Assembly: GCA_964187785.1 (NCBI GenBank)
Contig: OZ076420.1
Span: forward strand, 23,622,001 to 23,686,000
Direction: 5' to 3'
DNA: 64,000 bases
From: Amphiscolops sp. MND2022
Lineage: Eukaryota
Below are positions 22,480 through 36,331 of the stretch, piece after piece. The position numbers and the translations under genes are program-made. The notes beneath the pieces are model-generated. The model was not told the origin of the DNA and ran no database searches. It was given only the letters and a program-made list of their open reading frames with translations. Positions within the stretch are counted from its first letter, which is position 1. The number at the start of each line of letters is the position of its first letter.

Positions 22480-25400
22480 TTCTGCAGGATGAGAGGATGC
22501 GCTCACTGAGGCTCGTCTGGCTGGGGATGGTACCAAGGTCTCCGTATCAGCGTTGATGATGAGACCGCCAATAGGTTCGAATAGCGCCACATTTGGCTTC
22601 AGTTCGGCTGCCTTTTAACCTGACTGCTCTGGTGTTACCAGGATAGTTGCTGCTTCGGGGACCTCCTCCTCAGTGGGGGCTTCCACTGTCAGAGGCTGTT
22701 CTAACGACATTGCCATAGTTGTGGCTGGGTTCGAGTGCGGCGGTTGCGCCAAGGCCATGGTCTGTTCGGCGTCAGCCCTGCTGTTGGCGGCGACGGCCCC
22801 ACGTTTGGAAACCATCCAGACTGCTTTCAGAGCCCGCAAGCTCTTTTCCAGATTTCAAAGTTGTTGATTTCGAGGTTTAGGCACTCATCGTCCCATTCTG
22901 CCCGTAACTCTAGTCCTAACACGGAGTTAACGATTTCAAGCAGTACCAGAGGCAATTCACCAGACATTGTCATCTTCCCTTGCCGGTGGCGGGCTGGTTC
23001 GTACTGCAAGGGGACCATGCGGCGAGATAAATTGCGTCTCCGCACCTGTGCAGCCACCTCAATGCGTTTTTGGATACGCGCAAAATCAAGATGCTGCAGT
23101 TGATGATCCGAATTTTCTTGTCCTCTGGCAATAGGACGCGCGCGGTAGTAACCCAAGGGCTCCTTCAAGTACCGATTGGGAATTTGGATAACCTTGAAAC
23201 TGTAATTGGATCGAGAATGGGGGCTAGCCCTCAAGCTAGCGGTGATTATCTTTCGTAAGATCTCGATCTGCCATGGGAATCTGAGCGATTTCCCGTCTAG
23301 ATCAAGGGGAGCGTTATCCCAGTTGACTGGTCCGTATTCCCTGGGTAGGACGCTCGCCTTTCGGGTGCGGGCCCTGATAACTCCCATCAGGTTTCCGTCT
23401 GCCTGCTGCTCCGTCCTAATGGTGGTGTAAGTGTAAGCCTGGGGCACCTCACTGCTGAGAAGGTCGCGAACGGCATACTCATAGCCTATCGGAGGACTAC
23501 GTTGCAAGTATGTGCAGATGGACACAGTGGCTACCTGTACGGCCATCGATATCGGCTTCGTGGGATAATGCAAGAGTCCCAAAGCTCCGAAGATTGGAAT
23601 CAGTACTGGTGCCACGACAGGGACAAAGTCTTTCACCTCGGCCAGGGTGAGGTCCACCAGTTGTTGCGGCATGGGAAACCCCGCGTTGTCGTTAGGGAGC
23701 TGTGCTTCCGGGTTATGGAGTGATTGCGCTTGATCCACGCCCAGAAACAAACCAGACGCAAAGACAAGTGAGGAATATAGCCATTGCTGCAGGGATGCCC
23801 GCAGCTTGAACAATGGCTCAGTGTAGTTCTAGTTGTTCTGGGGGAACAACGCCTCGCCTAGACCGACTAGCCCGTTCATTTTGCCTTGAGCCAGTACCAG
23901 ATAGGTGTAGAAATCCAGCAGGTCTCCGGCGGCCACTAGGTCAACCACTATGGCGAGAGGACCAGCCACGAACTCAGTATGTCCTGAAGCCAGCGCGAGA
24001 GCTAGCACTTCGTTTATAGTCATGAGTTCGAGAGTTGCGGTCAACTTTTTTAACTGTGGGCGGTTCAGTTTGAACTCGTCTGTGATGACGTCCAAGTTCC
24101 AACCCAGATCACACGGAATCATCAAGTCCACCAAAACGCAGAACCGCGTTTGTTGCACTAAATTCTTGGGATTTGGTTTCAGTGATTCCAGACTCCGCGG
24201 ATAAATACTGTGAGTCTACCAGGTTTCACCGGCGCGCAGGGTATATCTTTCAGGAAACTGCTCGTGTAGGTTATTCTGCATGGGACGAAGTTAATTATCA
24301 TGAGCTAACGCCATCCGTGTTAGGACGCGTTTCTCCCATGCCTGCTCGTTCATTTCGACATTGTAGGCGCGAAGTGTCCGTGATAAATGAGCTACAATTG
24401 ACAGCTTTTGTAGCTGTGCCTGATCCGCGTTTGAGGGAGGAACACGCTGTCGATCTTTCAATTGGTGTCCCGACAAGCACGGGGTTTTTTTGCCAGATAC
24501 GATTGGCATCCCAAGTGACTAAGGGTCCAGCCACATCTTTCGAAGGTGGATAATAAGTCGGCACCCGGGGTGCTGTCTTTGACGTCGATGCAGGGCGTGA
24601 TGACGTGGTGGTTCCGTGCCCTTGGGCACGGAAGATGTGCTTGGCGCATATCGTTCCAGCACCTCACTCATCGACATTTGGGGCTTAGGAACTCCCTAAT
24701 AGCCCAATTTAGGAAGCTCCGGGGTTACCACTGATCCTTGGACACTGCTCCGCTTATCAGGGGGAGGGTGAATGGTAGGGCTCTCATTCGCGGTCACTGC
24801 TCCAGGCAGTTTATGAGGCGAGACCCTCTTGCGCCGAGGTTCCTCGTGTGAGACGGGCAAAAGTGTGGATACAAGGGAAAGGCTTTTTGTGTCGCTGTAC
24901 TGGGCTCTAAACCTTGACTAACTAACCTGATGCCCTCGGGCTGCAGAGGCACGTCTAACAGCGTCTGTAGACCAGGAAGACTACGCGACACAGATTCCAC
25001 AAAATCGCTTGACTCTGGGTAGTTGGCGACTGCTTGCAACGCCTGGATCACGGTTTGCACACTTGGCGTTCTGTTGGCCATGTTTGGTGCCACTAGTGGT
25101 CGAGCGGATGGTGGGGCAGATGAATGAGTCGATTGCACCTTGCCGCTTGAGACTTGACTAGAGCCCGCGAGCTGCGGATTGTATGATGAGTCATCCTATA
25201 GTACCATGTGCGGCACTCGCAAGGCGAAAGCACTAACGTATGGTGTCGGTGTGCTTTGTGCTACTTGCGTTAGCGTGGGTACTAGATGCTGCACGTGAGG
25301 TAGATAAGTTGGATGCCGAAACTGAGGTAGAGGTTGTGACTTTCTGCTGGTGGCATTGGCTGTGCAGCCACATGTTGATCCGGCACGCAAGGAGACATGC

Positions 25401-26760
25401 GCAGTGAGGCCTCCTGCTCGAACGTTGTCTGGTTCCCAGCTCCGTACACTGAGGTTGATCTGTCACCAAGGAATTGATGGATGACGTCTACCCATCCCAC
25501 ACACCATTTCTGCATGTCATCGGGTACGATAGAGACTGCCATAATGGGCAGCGTCTGCTGCGCTTCTAACTGAGCCAACAAACCAGTTAGACCAGCCACT
25601 GCCGCGTGAGATATGCAATTCCGCTGTTTTTCTTCTAGGTACTGCACTTGGTTGACTCGCTGCCCTCAAGCCGCGTCATATGAAGACGCGGCGCCAGCAG
25701 GCACTGAAGGGGAGGCTGTGTGATCTGGTGCTTGATTGTAGGCCATCTTATCATAGGTCTAAAAACGAGTACTCGTTAGACCTGTTTCGTGCGATACTCT
25801 GCTATTCAGTTAATGAAAACTACGGGCTCCTTAAGGTAACTCGTCACCTACTAGTGGTGAAGATTACGTTTTGTATAACGCAACAATAATTAGCGTCTAC
25901 ATGTAGGATGTTAAAAAAAGGAAGCGCTTAAAGCGCTTCTATGGCTAAGCAGTACAAAGGGATGTGAGACCGTGGTCTACGGCAGAGTTCGTCCCGAGGC
26001 TGCGCGAGTGCAAGCAGCACGAGCATCAGGGCAATGCTATGGGCGGTTCATTCCCCGCCCCAATGCCCAATATTGATACGTACACGCGATTGTGCAGTAT
26101 CACATTTATACTGGTCCCTGCGAACAGATCCATCTATATCTGGTATAGATTGGCCAACGAGTGAACCGGCCGTTCAGGATCCAATATCGGAAAGTGCATG
26201 TCAGACACTCCTCTGTCTCCGAGTCATAGTATTAGCTTCTCCAAACGGAGCAGAAAGTAATCAGCTATCAGCGGCGCATGCTGAGTTGCATGTGTTATCA
26301 TCAAGTGGATAGTTTGAGAAGGTTTGTTTATGATGGAGGGGGTGAACGTTAGCACCTCCATTACCTGTGGGCGTAGGGAGAAGACCTGCCCGCCAGCACT
26401 CGCGCAGCACGCGGCGCAGCGCGGCAGAACTGGTTTCCAAGTCGGCCGAGCATGCCAATGCAATGTGGCCTTCAGCCTGCAGGAAATCAGGCATGTCATA
26501 CGAGATGTGTTCCACAAGATTAGGTCGTAAGCTGCCGGGGTATAATAATTCTCGCCCAGGCCCGTTGTCAGGAGGCATAGATATACGCGGTGCACGTCCT
26601 TGTATCGCAGCTACGTCTTGCTACACGAAACGAGGTAGTGCTTAATTGTCCACTTTCGCTCGGACACATATGTCTAGTGTGCTCACCGCTGCCTTAGTGG
26701 GCAGGAATCTTCGAAGGTGTGGTTCCACTTGTCCAGCAATCGGGTTCGCGGGTAGATGAC
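22480..26760 (-). other. GC-rich, intronless, stop/frameshift-broken coding island; putative endogenous viral element, family unassigned
   Basis: Visibly higher GC than the flanks; a chain of same-strand ORF pieces up to 328 aa (22827-23813); no RT, integrase or RdRp motifs recognised. Boundaries approximate. Confidence 0.35.
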
Positions 26761-26821
26761 GAAGCATGTGATGATTTGTTCTAACCACCAACGAAATTTC
26801 ACTTTACCCCGATACCAATCG

Positions 26822-28300
26822 ATCTACCATATCTGGAAACTGTAATCACGCGCTAGCACAAGTGTTCTCTCAAGTACTCGCGGAAAGTTTTTCATATTGT
26901 CGAGAGATCTCTTTTTCGGGAGACCAATTGCGCACAACTGTATCATAATGACTTCAAAAGACGTTACCTTATGTGGAATACCACTCACGTAGAGCGACTG
27001 AATTCCATCCGAGGTTCATTGTTTTTTTCCATCTTTCGTACCTCCTCATGCATTACATTTCAAGTTTACCCATATCAGGTAACCATCAAAACTCTCATAG
27101 AGCACTGTCAGAGTAGATGTTACATGGAGTCACGTGTTCCTGGCCGCAAAATCCGAACATCACCAATGAAGCAAAACTTTCATTGAAACACATTAATATT
27201 GCTTTTACAAACTAGTTTGACATTTTACATTCCTTTTGAAGTCTTGCGCAAAATTTTTATGCAATGAAAATGGATTGCACATAAAAGTCTTTGTTTTTAT
27301 GTATGACTGTATATATACTATTTGCTTTTAAAACTAACATGGCCTAAAAAGTTTACTTTTAAGTCTTACACTTCGTAAAATTTTCATTTTACAATCTGAA
27401 ATTTTGAATCAAAACTTGTCTTTTTAAAAAATGTATCGTATGTGCAAAATTTTGTTGTTTTTACGGAGTAAAATGGGTAAAAACCTTTTTTTAAAAAAAA
27501 ATAAAATTGTGTTACAAATCTGTCTTTTTACTTTTTTCATCTCGTGTAAAATTTGACACGTTGTAAAAATTTTACTTCAAAATCTGACACGTTTCAAAAA
27601 TTTTACTTTAAAATCTGACACGTAATACTTTATTGCCTCAAGTCGGCGCTATATCTAAGGCTCAAAAAGCGCAAAACACTTTTTTTTGGAAAAAACTTGA
27701 AATTTTTGAGAAAAAAATCTTTCGGAAAATGTCGCACAGTGCCGAAAAATGTAAAAGGGGGGACCCTATTTGATTTATGAGCACGCATTCTGTAGCAAAA
27801 TAACAAAAAACTCAAAGGGAGGACCCTTTGGGGACAATAAAAAAAATTGCGAAAAAAGTCGCACAGTGTCGAAAAAAATTGAAAGGGGGACCCTTTAGTC
27901 CCGTGCGGGCTTGTAGGTAACGTTTAAAAAGTAAATGAATGCGCTCCCCGTTTGCCTTTACCGGTCCAGCAGTTTAGTACTTTCTTTAGTAGTTGAACGT
28001 TAATTTTAACGTTCGTCGCTTCGAGTCTGTCATAAACAAAAAAAAACGAGTGACTGTAATAGTCGGGCTCTTTTCTTAAGAAAAGCGCCGACTAAAAAAC
28101 AATGAACCTCGGATGAAATTCAGTCGCTCTACGTGAGCGAAGTTCCCACATAAGGTAACGTCTTTTGAAGTCATTACGATACAGTTGTACGCATTTGGTC
28201 TCCCAAAAGAGAGATCTCTCGACAATATGAGAAAATTTCCACGAGTACTTGAGAGAACGCTCTTGCTAGCGCGTGATTACAGTTTCCATAAATGGTAGAT
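26822..28300. repeat. Pair of 155-bp inverted repeats (26822-26976 and 28146-28300) enclosing about 1.17 kb
   Basis: The reverse complement of the right arm aligns ungapped with the left arm, with scattered mismatches; outer ends ATCTACC/GGTAGAT. Confidence 0.8.
27641..28093 (+). mobile_element. MITE/foldback-like repeat with short AGTCGGCGC inverted ends and internal TGTCGCACAGTGCCGAAAA...GGGGACCC subrepeats
   Basis: Three related copies in the window (also 35680-36331 reversed and 52640-53203). Confidence 0.7.
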
Positions 28301-28579
28301 TACCGCTTCCATATATAGTAGATTGACGCTACCATGTATAATATATTGACGCTTCTCCTTTTTGGAGAGAATTCGTCATACAAAGATTGCCATGAATGGT
28401 AAAATGAATACTAACTTATTCTCTAGCCTTTTTCGGTTCTTTTCAAATTTCACAGTCGCACAAACAAGTTGCTTGCAGAGAGATTTGCATTTTGATTTCG
28501 AAAGTTTGGATCGACACCAAGTCTGACCCAGATGGTTGGCTCCAATCAAAGTTATCTCTGCAAAATTGCAACAATGTCT

Positions 28580-29030
28580 GATCGTGCTGGGTGTTGAGCC
28601 TGCAGAAAAAAATGTTGTTACAGAATTGGGCGTTTTCATTGACGGACAAGTATTTGGATAACCTTCAAATCACCAACAAGTTTCCAACCAACGTTCCAAA
28701 CACATTGTTGCACAGATAATATGCACAAAGTTGATTGAAGAAGCGGTGCTCTGGGCTATTTTGACGTTACAGAGATTTTGACTAGTCTCAAGCAGTACAG
28801 AGCCGAATTCTTTGCGAAAGGATTGGAAAAATGCCCAATGTTGAGTGCGTTACTGGGCAAGCAGGTCAAAAATTTGGATAACTATGGATGTCCAAAGATT
28901 CAAGAACTCAATTGTGGCTGGTTGTGTTCCAGCGATCCCTACAGACATCGAACAACTCTTCACTGCGCTGAAAAAAGGCATTAACGTTTGGTACATGGAC
29001 TGCGCAACTATTTATTTGGTGATTCGTTGT
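28580..29030 (+). pseudogene. Decayed small DEDD-exonuclease-like ORF of the kind found in Maverick/Polinton elements
   Basis: IVLGVE..EKNVVTELGVFIDG, FAKGLEKC..L..LL.KQVKNLDNYGCPKIQ and HRTTLHCAE; lies next to the polB relic. Family assignment from memory of the motif pattern. Confidence 0.45.
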
Positions 29031-31649
29031 CTATTTTGTTTTATGAGGAAAAAAACATCATTTCAACATAAACACAGTTTTTAGCTAATCCGTGGATGAG
29101 TGCTTTGTGAGCAAGATCTGTTTTTTACTGCCTAGACATTGATTCATCAAGTACAATGAGTTTGATTTAAAAAATCACGAAGGATACACTACAGAGGAAA
29201 AGCACCTTTATATTGAACGTTAGATGTACAATTTGGTGGTCTATGAACAATCATTCTCTCGGTTGTGTAACGTAAAATTACTCCATTTTGTTAGCCACTT
29301 GAATAATGTTAAACTTTGAGCAATTGAATGCAATAATAAAAACCAAGTAAAATTACTTCAATATTGACTCTCAATTGATTCAACCCACAATGGATCAGTG
29401 TGAAAAACCTTGTGATTATGATAGGCGTTTCTATTACCAGTATCATTGATACTGGTGCTACTACCAATTTACAAGGATATTGCTATGTTGGTGGGACATT
29501 GGAACAATTGGGATATCTGAGAAGTTTCTTTTTCTTGTAAATTGATATTTGAAGAGAAAAGACAAAAGTGTAATCATCTGTCAGTTACGCACGCTTTTTT
29601 AAAAGTGATAATTTATTGTTTTGGATTGTGATTTTTGCAGTCAATGCCGCGTCGTACTAAGGGATACTATTCACCAAGAGTAGCTTTCCCAGACAAGGCG
29701 ACATCTTTCCGAGGGGATTTATTCCGCTTGATTTTTTGTCTCAGACACCGCAACGTCCTACTGAGAGGATTTGTTCCACTTGAGTGGGCTCCATGGACAA
29801 TGCGTCGTTCCTTGAGAAGAACGTGTTCTACTTGAGCAATCAACTTTCACAGAGAAGAAAAATGATTAACAGGTACATTAGATGGAACGCAGACGCTATT
29901 GCGTAACTATTTTGTTCTTTTAAAGTAGGTTTATACTTCCTTCATTACGATACACATCCCGAGAAAGTGGATTTCAGTCACGCAGCGTAATCTGTGTAAT
30001 CCGTAAAATGGCCATTCAGAGTAAGTTAGTCAAGACGGTCTATGCTTCAACGGTGTAGCTGTGTCAACGCGCGTAATGGAAAATAGTGTAAACTAGTCAA
30101 AGCACGTAGTTAATGAAAAGTGGAAGTTAGTCCAAAAATACTCTTTTTCGTAATTCAGTCAAACCTTTGACTAACTTCCACTTTTTGCAAATTGAAGATC
30201 GCTATACTTGCAATAAGTGGAAGTTAGTCAAAGTTTTGACAAACTTACACCATCTCTATATGCATTCAAAACTCAGTGTTCATCTTAATTCCAATTCATA
30301 CCACAGCATCTTAAACCAGTCAAAGTAAACAATGATTCAATAAATAATAAGTTGTCATTACTAAGCTCTACCGTGCATAGGACGTATAAACTGCATTCAA
30401 TGCAAGTTGCACACGTGAACACGTGTGTTTCATCCACGCATTTACGTGCAAATAAAATACCTTGTCGCTTCTAATTAGTACAATTATAACAATTGATTGA
30501 TCTGTCAACGGGTTTCCTATTTTAAGAAAATATAATGTCAAAGCAGCCCTCATTAATAGTTGCCTAACTAATTTTAATTTTGGTCCCTGTCGTGAGCACG
30601 GTCACCGGAATGATTGGATAACTTGTTGTTTTGGTCTGGGTATTTTGAGCCAGGGTATTGACAAGGATCTATTTTGATCCCTGTCGTGAGCAACATCAAG
30701 AGAAGTTGTAACAAATAGTTTATACGAAGTTGAAACTTTATCAAACCGAAAACAGTAGTTTATGGAATACCGATCTTGAATTATTGAACCAAAAACGAAG
30801 TGTGGACCATGTGCCTTATCCTCCCTCAGATAAATACTGTTTCTTATCCAACAACATCCCCTCCCCATACAAGTCGTCCCAAACAAATGAAAGTAGGTCT
30901 CATAATGAAGGGGCGATTGCTTCAATAAACTTGGTAATTTTGGTCCCTGTCGTGAGCACTTCCATTAGTAGTCAGATTGACTGTTTATGCAATTTGATAC
31001 TGTGTATGTGAATCAAGCAGTGTAGTTATGAGTCGGCATGTGTAGCTCATCAGTAACAACCCGTAATTACTAGAACTATGTGTAAATATGAGATGCACAG
31101 TGTAGCTAGTCAAATTGTCTAAACTAGTCAATTGGTGTAAACTAGTCAAGTACTGTACTATCCAATGGTGTAATTTAGTCAACGTACGAAGCTGTGTCAA
31201 CTAGTGTAACGTCCTATCAATGCGCGTAATGAGTGACAAGTGTAAAACTTCCATAAAAAATATTCGCGCTCTGATTGGACAAAAATCGAACTAGCAGGAT
31301 CCTGCTAGTTTGTTACCGGGATGTGTAGCGTAATGTTTTATGGTTCAGTGACTCATACTTTCCATAAAAGGCGGATTGAAGATTTTAACTGAACTTTCCG
31401 CCATTTTTTCAATTTTCTGTTGACCGTTTTACTGACGAGTTCCTTCCGTAGAGATGAAGATTTGTTGCGTTACCTTGTTTCAACGCGCGTGTTGTTGGTG
31501 GAAGTGAACGAGTTTTGCTTGAAAAACCTGGGACACAAACAGAAAGGAAGCATTCTGTACAACAAAGCAAATGATGTTCTGTTCAAATTATGTACTGTCA
31601 AATTGCTTTAATTTCTCACCATAAATCCAAGCTGATTTGATATACAAAT

Positions 31650-34600
31650 TGTGAAGCTGCAAATGTGAAGCTTAAAGTTACATCGAAATGTAAAGCGTGT
31701 CACACAGAAATCTTTGGGTTTGTTTCAACAGGACAACCTGAAAACAGGGAGCATTCAACAAAAAAGTTAGGAACTCGGTTGCACTGTCCACGTGTAGGTC
31801 CATTTCTCAACGATCCCAACGGCGCGGACATCAAAAAATTTCCATGTGAGTATCAGCAATTTCTGGTTGATTAGAAATTGGAGCAGGGAGATCACGTTAC
31901 ATTCAACTTCGCATTAGAACCTTTCAGTATTGAAAAGCTCAATTCCAAGCTGGATGGCTTACTTGGTCACTTGAAATACACAGCTAAGGTCAATGTAGCT
32001 TTCGGTTTTGTAATGAAAAATATTGAGGACTCACGCTGTCGATTTATTCATCCTCAAGGAAAAATTCAAGGCTGGAGAAATACAAATTGTTGATTACAGG
32101 GGACGACTTGAAAAACTTTAAAGCAAAAAATGTCATAGCAGCTTGTACTCGTGGAATGGCTAACACAAAATGGTAGTTTTGAAAGTTGAAAAAAATTACT
32201 GTTTTGCAATTTTACTGAAGAATATTCCAATGGGTTGTAGAAATGCACTTTTTCCGGACCATCTTATGAAGGAACGGTTTATTGAATGACTCACTTGTAC
32301 CCAAAACACTCATGACAATTAGAGTTTTTTTCAAATCCTTGGCCATACAACTGCACGGAGAGAGAGATGAGAGGTCAAAAGAGAACTTGTAACTTTTTCC
32401 AGCTCTTCATGAAAGAAAAAGGAAAAGTATAGACGGCAACATTTCAAGTTGTTTGGTTGAACGATATACAACAGCGGAAGAAACTCATGGGATAAACATT
32501 TTTTTATACGATGTTGACACTGTGGACGGAATGTTTGTGGGTGAGCTTGTCCGATGGAGTCTGCAGAAGCATTCCAATACTGTTAGGTTGCTGCGCTACA
32601 ACAGTCACATGTATCTATTATGTAGCATATATTCAAGCGCTCTTCAACGCATTCCGTTTCTCGACTTGTGAGTGTTGCTTTTGTCAACCAATTAGACTTG
32701 AACGACATTCAGTAGCTTGTCGTCGGAGAGCAAAGAACGGTTCTTCCAAAAATGGGGATTGGTTGAATGGTACCCTTTTTGACAAGTTGGATTTACTCAA
32801 CATACCATACCCTGACAAGAAGAAGCTCTCAGCAACAGCAGCCATTTTCCACTTTAAGTCAATGTGAGTACTGGAAGAAGAAGAAACCACAGGCACAGAG
32901 ACGACCAGATGGATTGAAAAACACATTCCAAGAGCGGTATCAACATCAAGCAATTTACGTCCAGATCCTGTTGTTCTAAGCAGTTCTAATCCACGTGAGT
33001 TGCTATCATTCGTGGATGCACTGGAGACTTTAGCTACTTATGCTAAAACTCATATGCGAGCACAATTCTGTGAATCAGAAAATTCAATCAATAGTAAACT
33101 GTCACGCGTGCTGGAGTCTTTGAAAGAGCTCCAATCGAATCAAGAAGCTACTTTTTACTTTGAAGAAGAATGTTGCGGAGATGATTCAAAGGAGGGAATG
33201 CCGCAATTAACACAACTCCTACAAATGCAAAAAAAGCGATTGATTGAGCTAAAGAGAGCATTGGAAAGACATTGCAACCTTTTGTCCGTGTTTGAAGTCA
33301 AAAACTACAATCATGGAATGAACTTTGTGAATATGTATCTTTTATCCATACTCGTCAAGAATTGTAGTATCAAGGCAATAGTGATGAAGAACGTAAAGCC
33401 ATTTGTATCAATCACGTATGATGACATTCAACTGTTTAACCTTTCTAATTGATAACTTTCTACGTTCCTTTTACATGGTTGTGAAGTGTTGTTTCTCTGA
33501 AGCACTGTTTCAATCTTATTACAAATTCTAAGAATGTTCAATATAGCTCCGTTGTTAATTTTTACAGTGTTCAAATGCAAATTGTCTCTCTGTATACTTT
33601 TATATTTTAGAAAGATGTTTGCAAGCTTATCCATTTTTGCCCAGTTGAAATCGTGTTTTGTGAAAAGGATATTTTTAGCTGTTTTCGATAGTAGAATCAC
33701 ATACTTGAGCTATTAACATTCCCAGAGATATAAATTGGTTGACAGATACTCTAGAGGCGACGCTGACTCTCGTAGGTAACCACTTTTTCCTTTTATGGCA
33801 GGTTTACGCTTCCTTTTATTGTAAGGTGTCTCATACCTTCCAAAAAAGTAGATTGAAAATGTTGACTGAACGTTCCGCCACTTTTTAAACTCTTTTAATA
33901 GTATAACAATCGGGTTGCTTCCGTATAGATACAGATTTGTTGCGATATGTGCCCTTTTCCATTTTTGATAGGCATCAGTTAATACATAAGGCAACCTATG
34001 TTTTCAACAAATGCAATTGCATAATTTTGTATTAAGTTTACAACAATTGGGTATTAAATCTATAACATTAACTCTGTACACATTATTTCAGTGGTTATGA
34101 TTGAAAGCGTCCCAATTCGTTGTACAAACGAAATTATCAACCAATTTTATCAACAGCTGAGGGAAATTGGAAAACCAGATTCAACTACTGTGTTCAAACA
34201 GCATGTTTTACACTTTGCCTTACAATCCAGGAGGGAGGCTTGAACGTGTCCACATTTTTCCGCTCTTTACAAAAGTTGCAAGTTGTACCGCTCGGCCGTT
34301 ATTATCCGTGAAGCTACCAGACTAATTGCTCACAACCACGAGGTTTTCACACCAGGATACAAAGAAGATACAATGAATATTTTTCACAACCCCAGTCTCT
34401 TTCGAACCTTGTTACTTGCACTGCAGTATCGTCTTTGTCATCGCAAAGCATACAATTTACTAGTTTGTTAGACTCGAATCAGGAAACTGGAGTTTCCAGT
34501 TACTCTTTAATCCTCAGTTGACGAATCCTAAAACACTTTTGTTGGAGCTTGGGTTTTGTATGTTATTACTAAAGAACAACTTGTTCAAAATGTTCCAATT

Positions 34601-35340
34601 GAATTCTTTGTACGGTTTTTTGGAGTCAGTGACTGACTGACAAGAAATTTAAACTGGTCAACAGATCGTACATTGAATATTTTTTGATGGGAGCAGTAAA
34701 ATGATTGAATGTTAGCAATGTGCGACTGTACGAGAGTTAACACTGCGAACACAAGCTTGTTTACTCCTGCAGTATGCTGAATTGAGAACTATTACTACAT
34801 TTCCGCCAATTCTTGTGGTGTTTGTATGTTAAAAAATGCTTGAAACAGAAACCAACTCCCTTTATTTTGTCTAAACCGAGTGAGAATTGTGTGATTGTAC
34901 ATGATCTCAAATGAAAGAAGAGTGATTAGCCCGGTTAAAATTTCATTGTGAGGACGAGTTTATGACAAATGCATACTGTCTATTTCTTTCCGTACTTGCT
35001 GAACGAAATAAAGAACCATAACAAGCTCGAACCTAGTCTGTGAAAGGCAGAATTTCGTTGCACGGATTTGTTGTGTGGGTGCTGCAAGACGTGCTTTTAT
35101 GATCCTCATTCACTCAATTCAATTTCACCGCAACTGATTGAACGAAAGGACAATTGAAAGCAGCGTTGATTGCCCAATTTCCAAATATGGAAGAAATTTG
35201 CAAGAGAAAGTGACGTGATGTCGGTGCTTTGTTCTAATCCTGGCAATATGTGTATGTAGGAACAGACAAATTGCCGTTTACTACAAACGTATTGTTCAAA
35301 AAGATGAACTTCACTCTCGCTTGGTCAACATTCAACTTTT
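31650..35340 (+). pseudogene. Highly degraded Maverick/Polinton protein-primed DNA polymerase B region
   Basis: Collinear fragments: KVNVAFGFVMKNIED, FLYDVDTVDG..VGEL.R.S.QKH.NTVRLLRYN.H, TLFDKLD, AIFHFKSM, and a C-terminal YYKRIVQKDELH; many stops and frameshifts. Confidence 0.7.
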
Positions 35341-35679
35341 CGGTACATTTTATAGCAGTGGAAATGATTTGTTTATACAGTACAATTGGAATTGATTTGA
35401 ATTAAAGAGATTTTATCAACAAGGAGCAGTCAAGTTTCTAGCTCAAAAATATCTGGTAAGAAAATTACTCGGAGACGGAAAATTTTCCCACACTATGATC
35501 AACATTTGCGAATGTGGGTGAAAACATTCCCCTGGGTCTTGATGCACACAAAAGTGCATTTTACCCAAAGTCTCAGAGCGCCGAAAAGTGTCGCACTGTG
35601 TCGAAAAACCCTATTCCAGATCTTAATACATTGCCAACGTCATTGGCTGTTTTTATTTCTTGACACTTTTTCTATTTTT

Positions 35680-36331
35680 AGTCGGCGCTTCATGAAGTGA
35701 AACGCGACTATTATAGTGACTCTTTTTTTTCTATCCACACGAACTGACCAAAATAGTTCTTAAAAGTTCTACAAAATATTATGGTGTCAAATTTCACCAT
35801 TTGGCCCAGCGAACTGAACCAGAAAGGTTTTTCCTGTTTTCCCGCGTAACGTTCCGTACCGGGCGAGACCAAAGAGTCCCCACTTTCAATTTTTTTCGGC
35901 ACTGCGAGACATTTTTTTCGGAAATTTTTTTCGAATTTTTTTTTCCTCAAAGGGACTATTTTTTTGATGTTTTGCGACAGAATGGATGTTGGAAAATCCC
36001 AAAGGGTTCCTCCTTGCAGTTTTTTTCGGCATTGTGAGATTTTTTCCCGAAAATGAAAATTTTTGTTTTCTTCAATTTTTTCATGTTTTGCGACAGAATG
36101 GGTGTTGAAAAACCTCAAAGGGTCCCCCCTTTCAGTTTTTCGGCATTGTGAGACGTTAGCGCGCCAGGGTCTCGCGCTAGCGAGACCCGGCGCGCCACTC
36201 GGTCCATTTTTTTAGTATGTAATTTTTTCAAAAAAAAATTCCAAAAATTTTCGATTTTCGACTACTGTAAAAGAATACTTGACACTTGGAAGTCTTTTTG
36301 CTATTTTTGAGCCTTGGACATGGCGCCGACT
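35680..36331 (-). mobile_element. Reverse-oriented copy of the AGTCGGCGC MITE-like repeat
   Basis: Same termini and subrepeats as 27641-28093, on the opposite strand. Confidence 0.7.

Noticed and set aside
24715-24740. ISGNPG resembling a 2A ribosomal-skip motif
   Set aside because: It does not match D(V/I)ExNPGP and lies in a frame with adjacent stops.
26095-26125. MDLFAG resembling C5 DNA-methyltransferase motif I
   Set aside because: No following GxGG and no PC catalytic motif; five residues are not enough.
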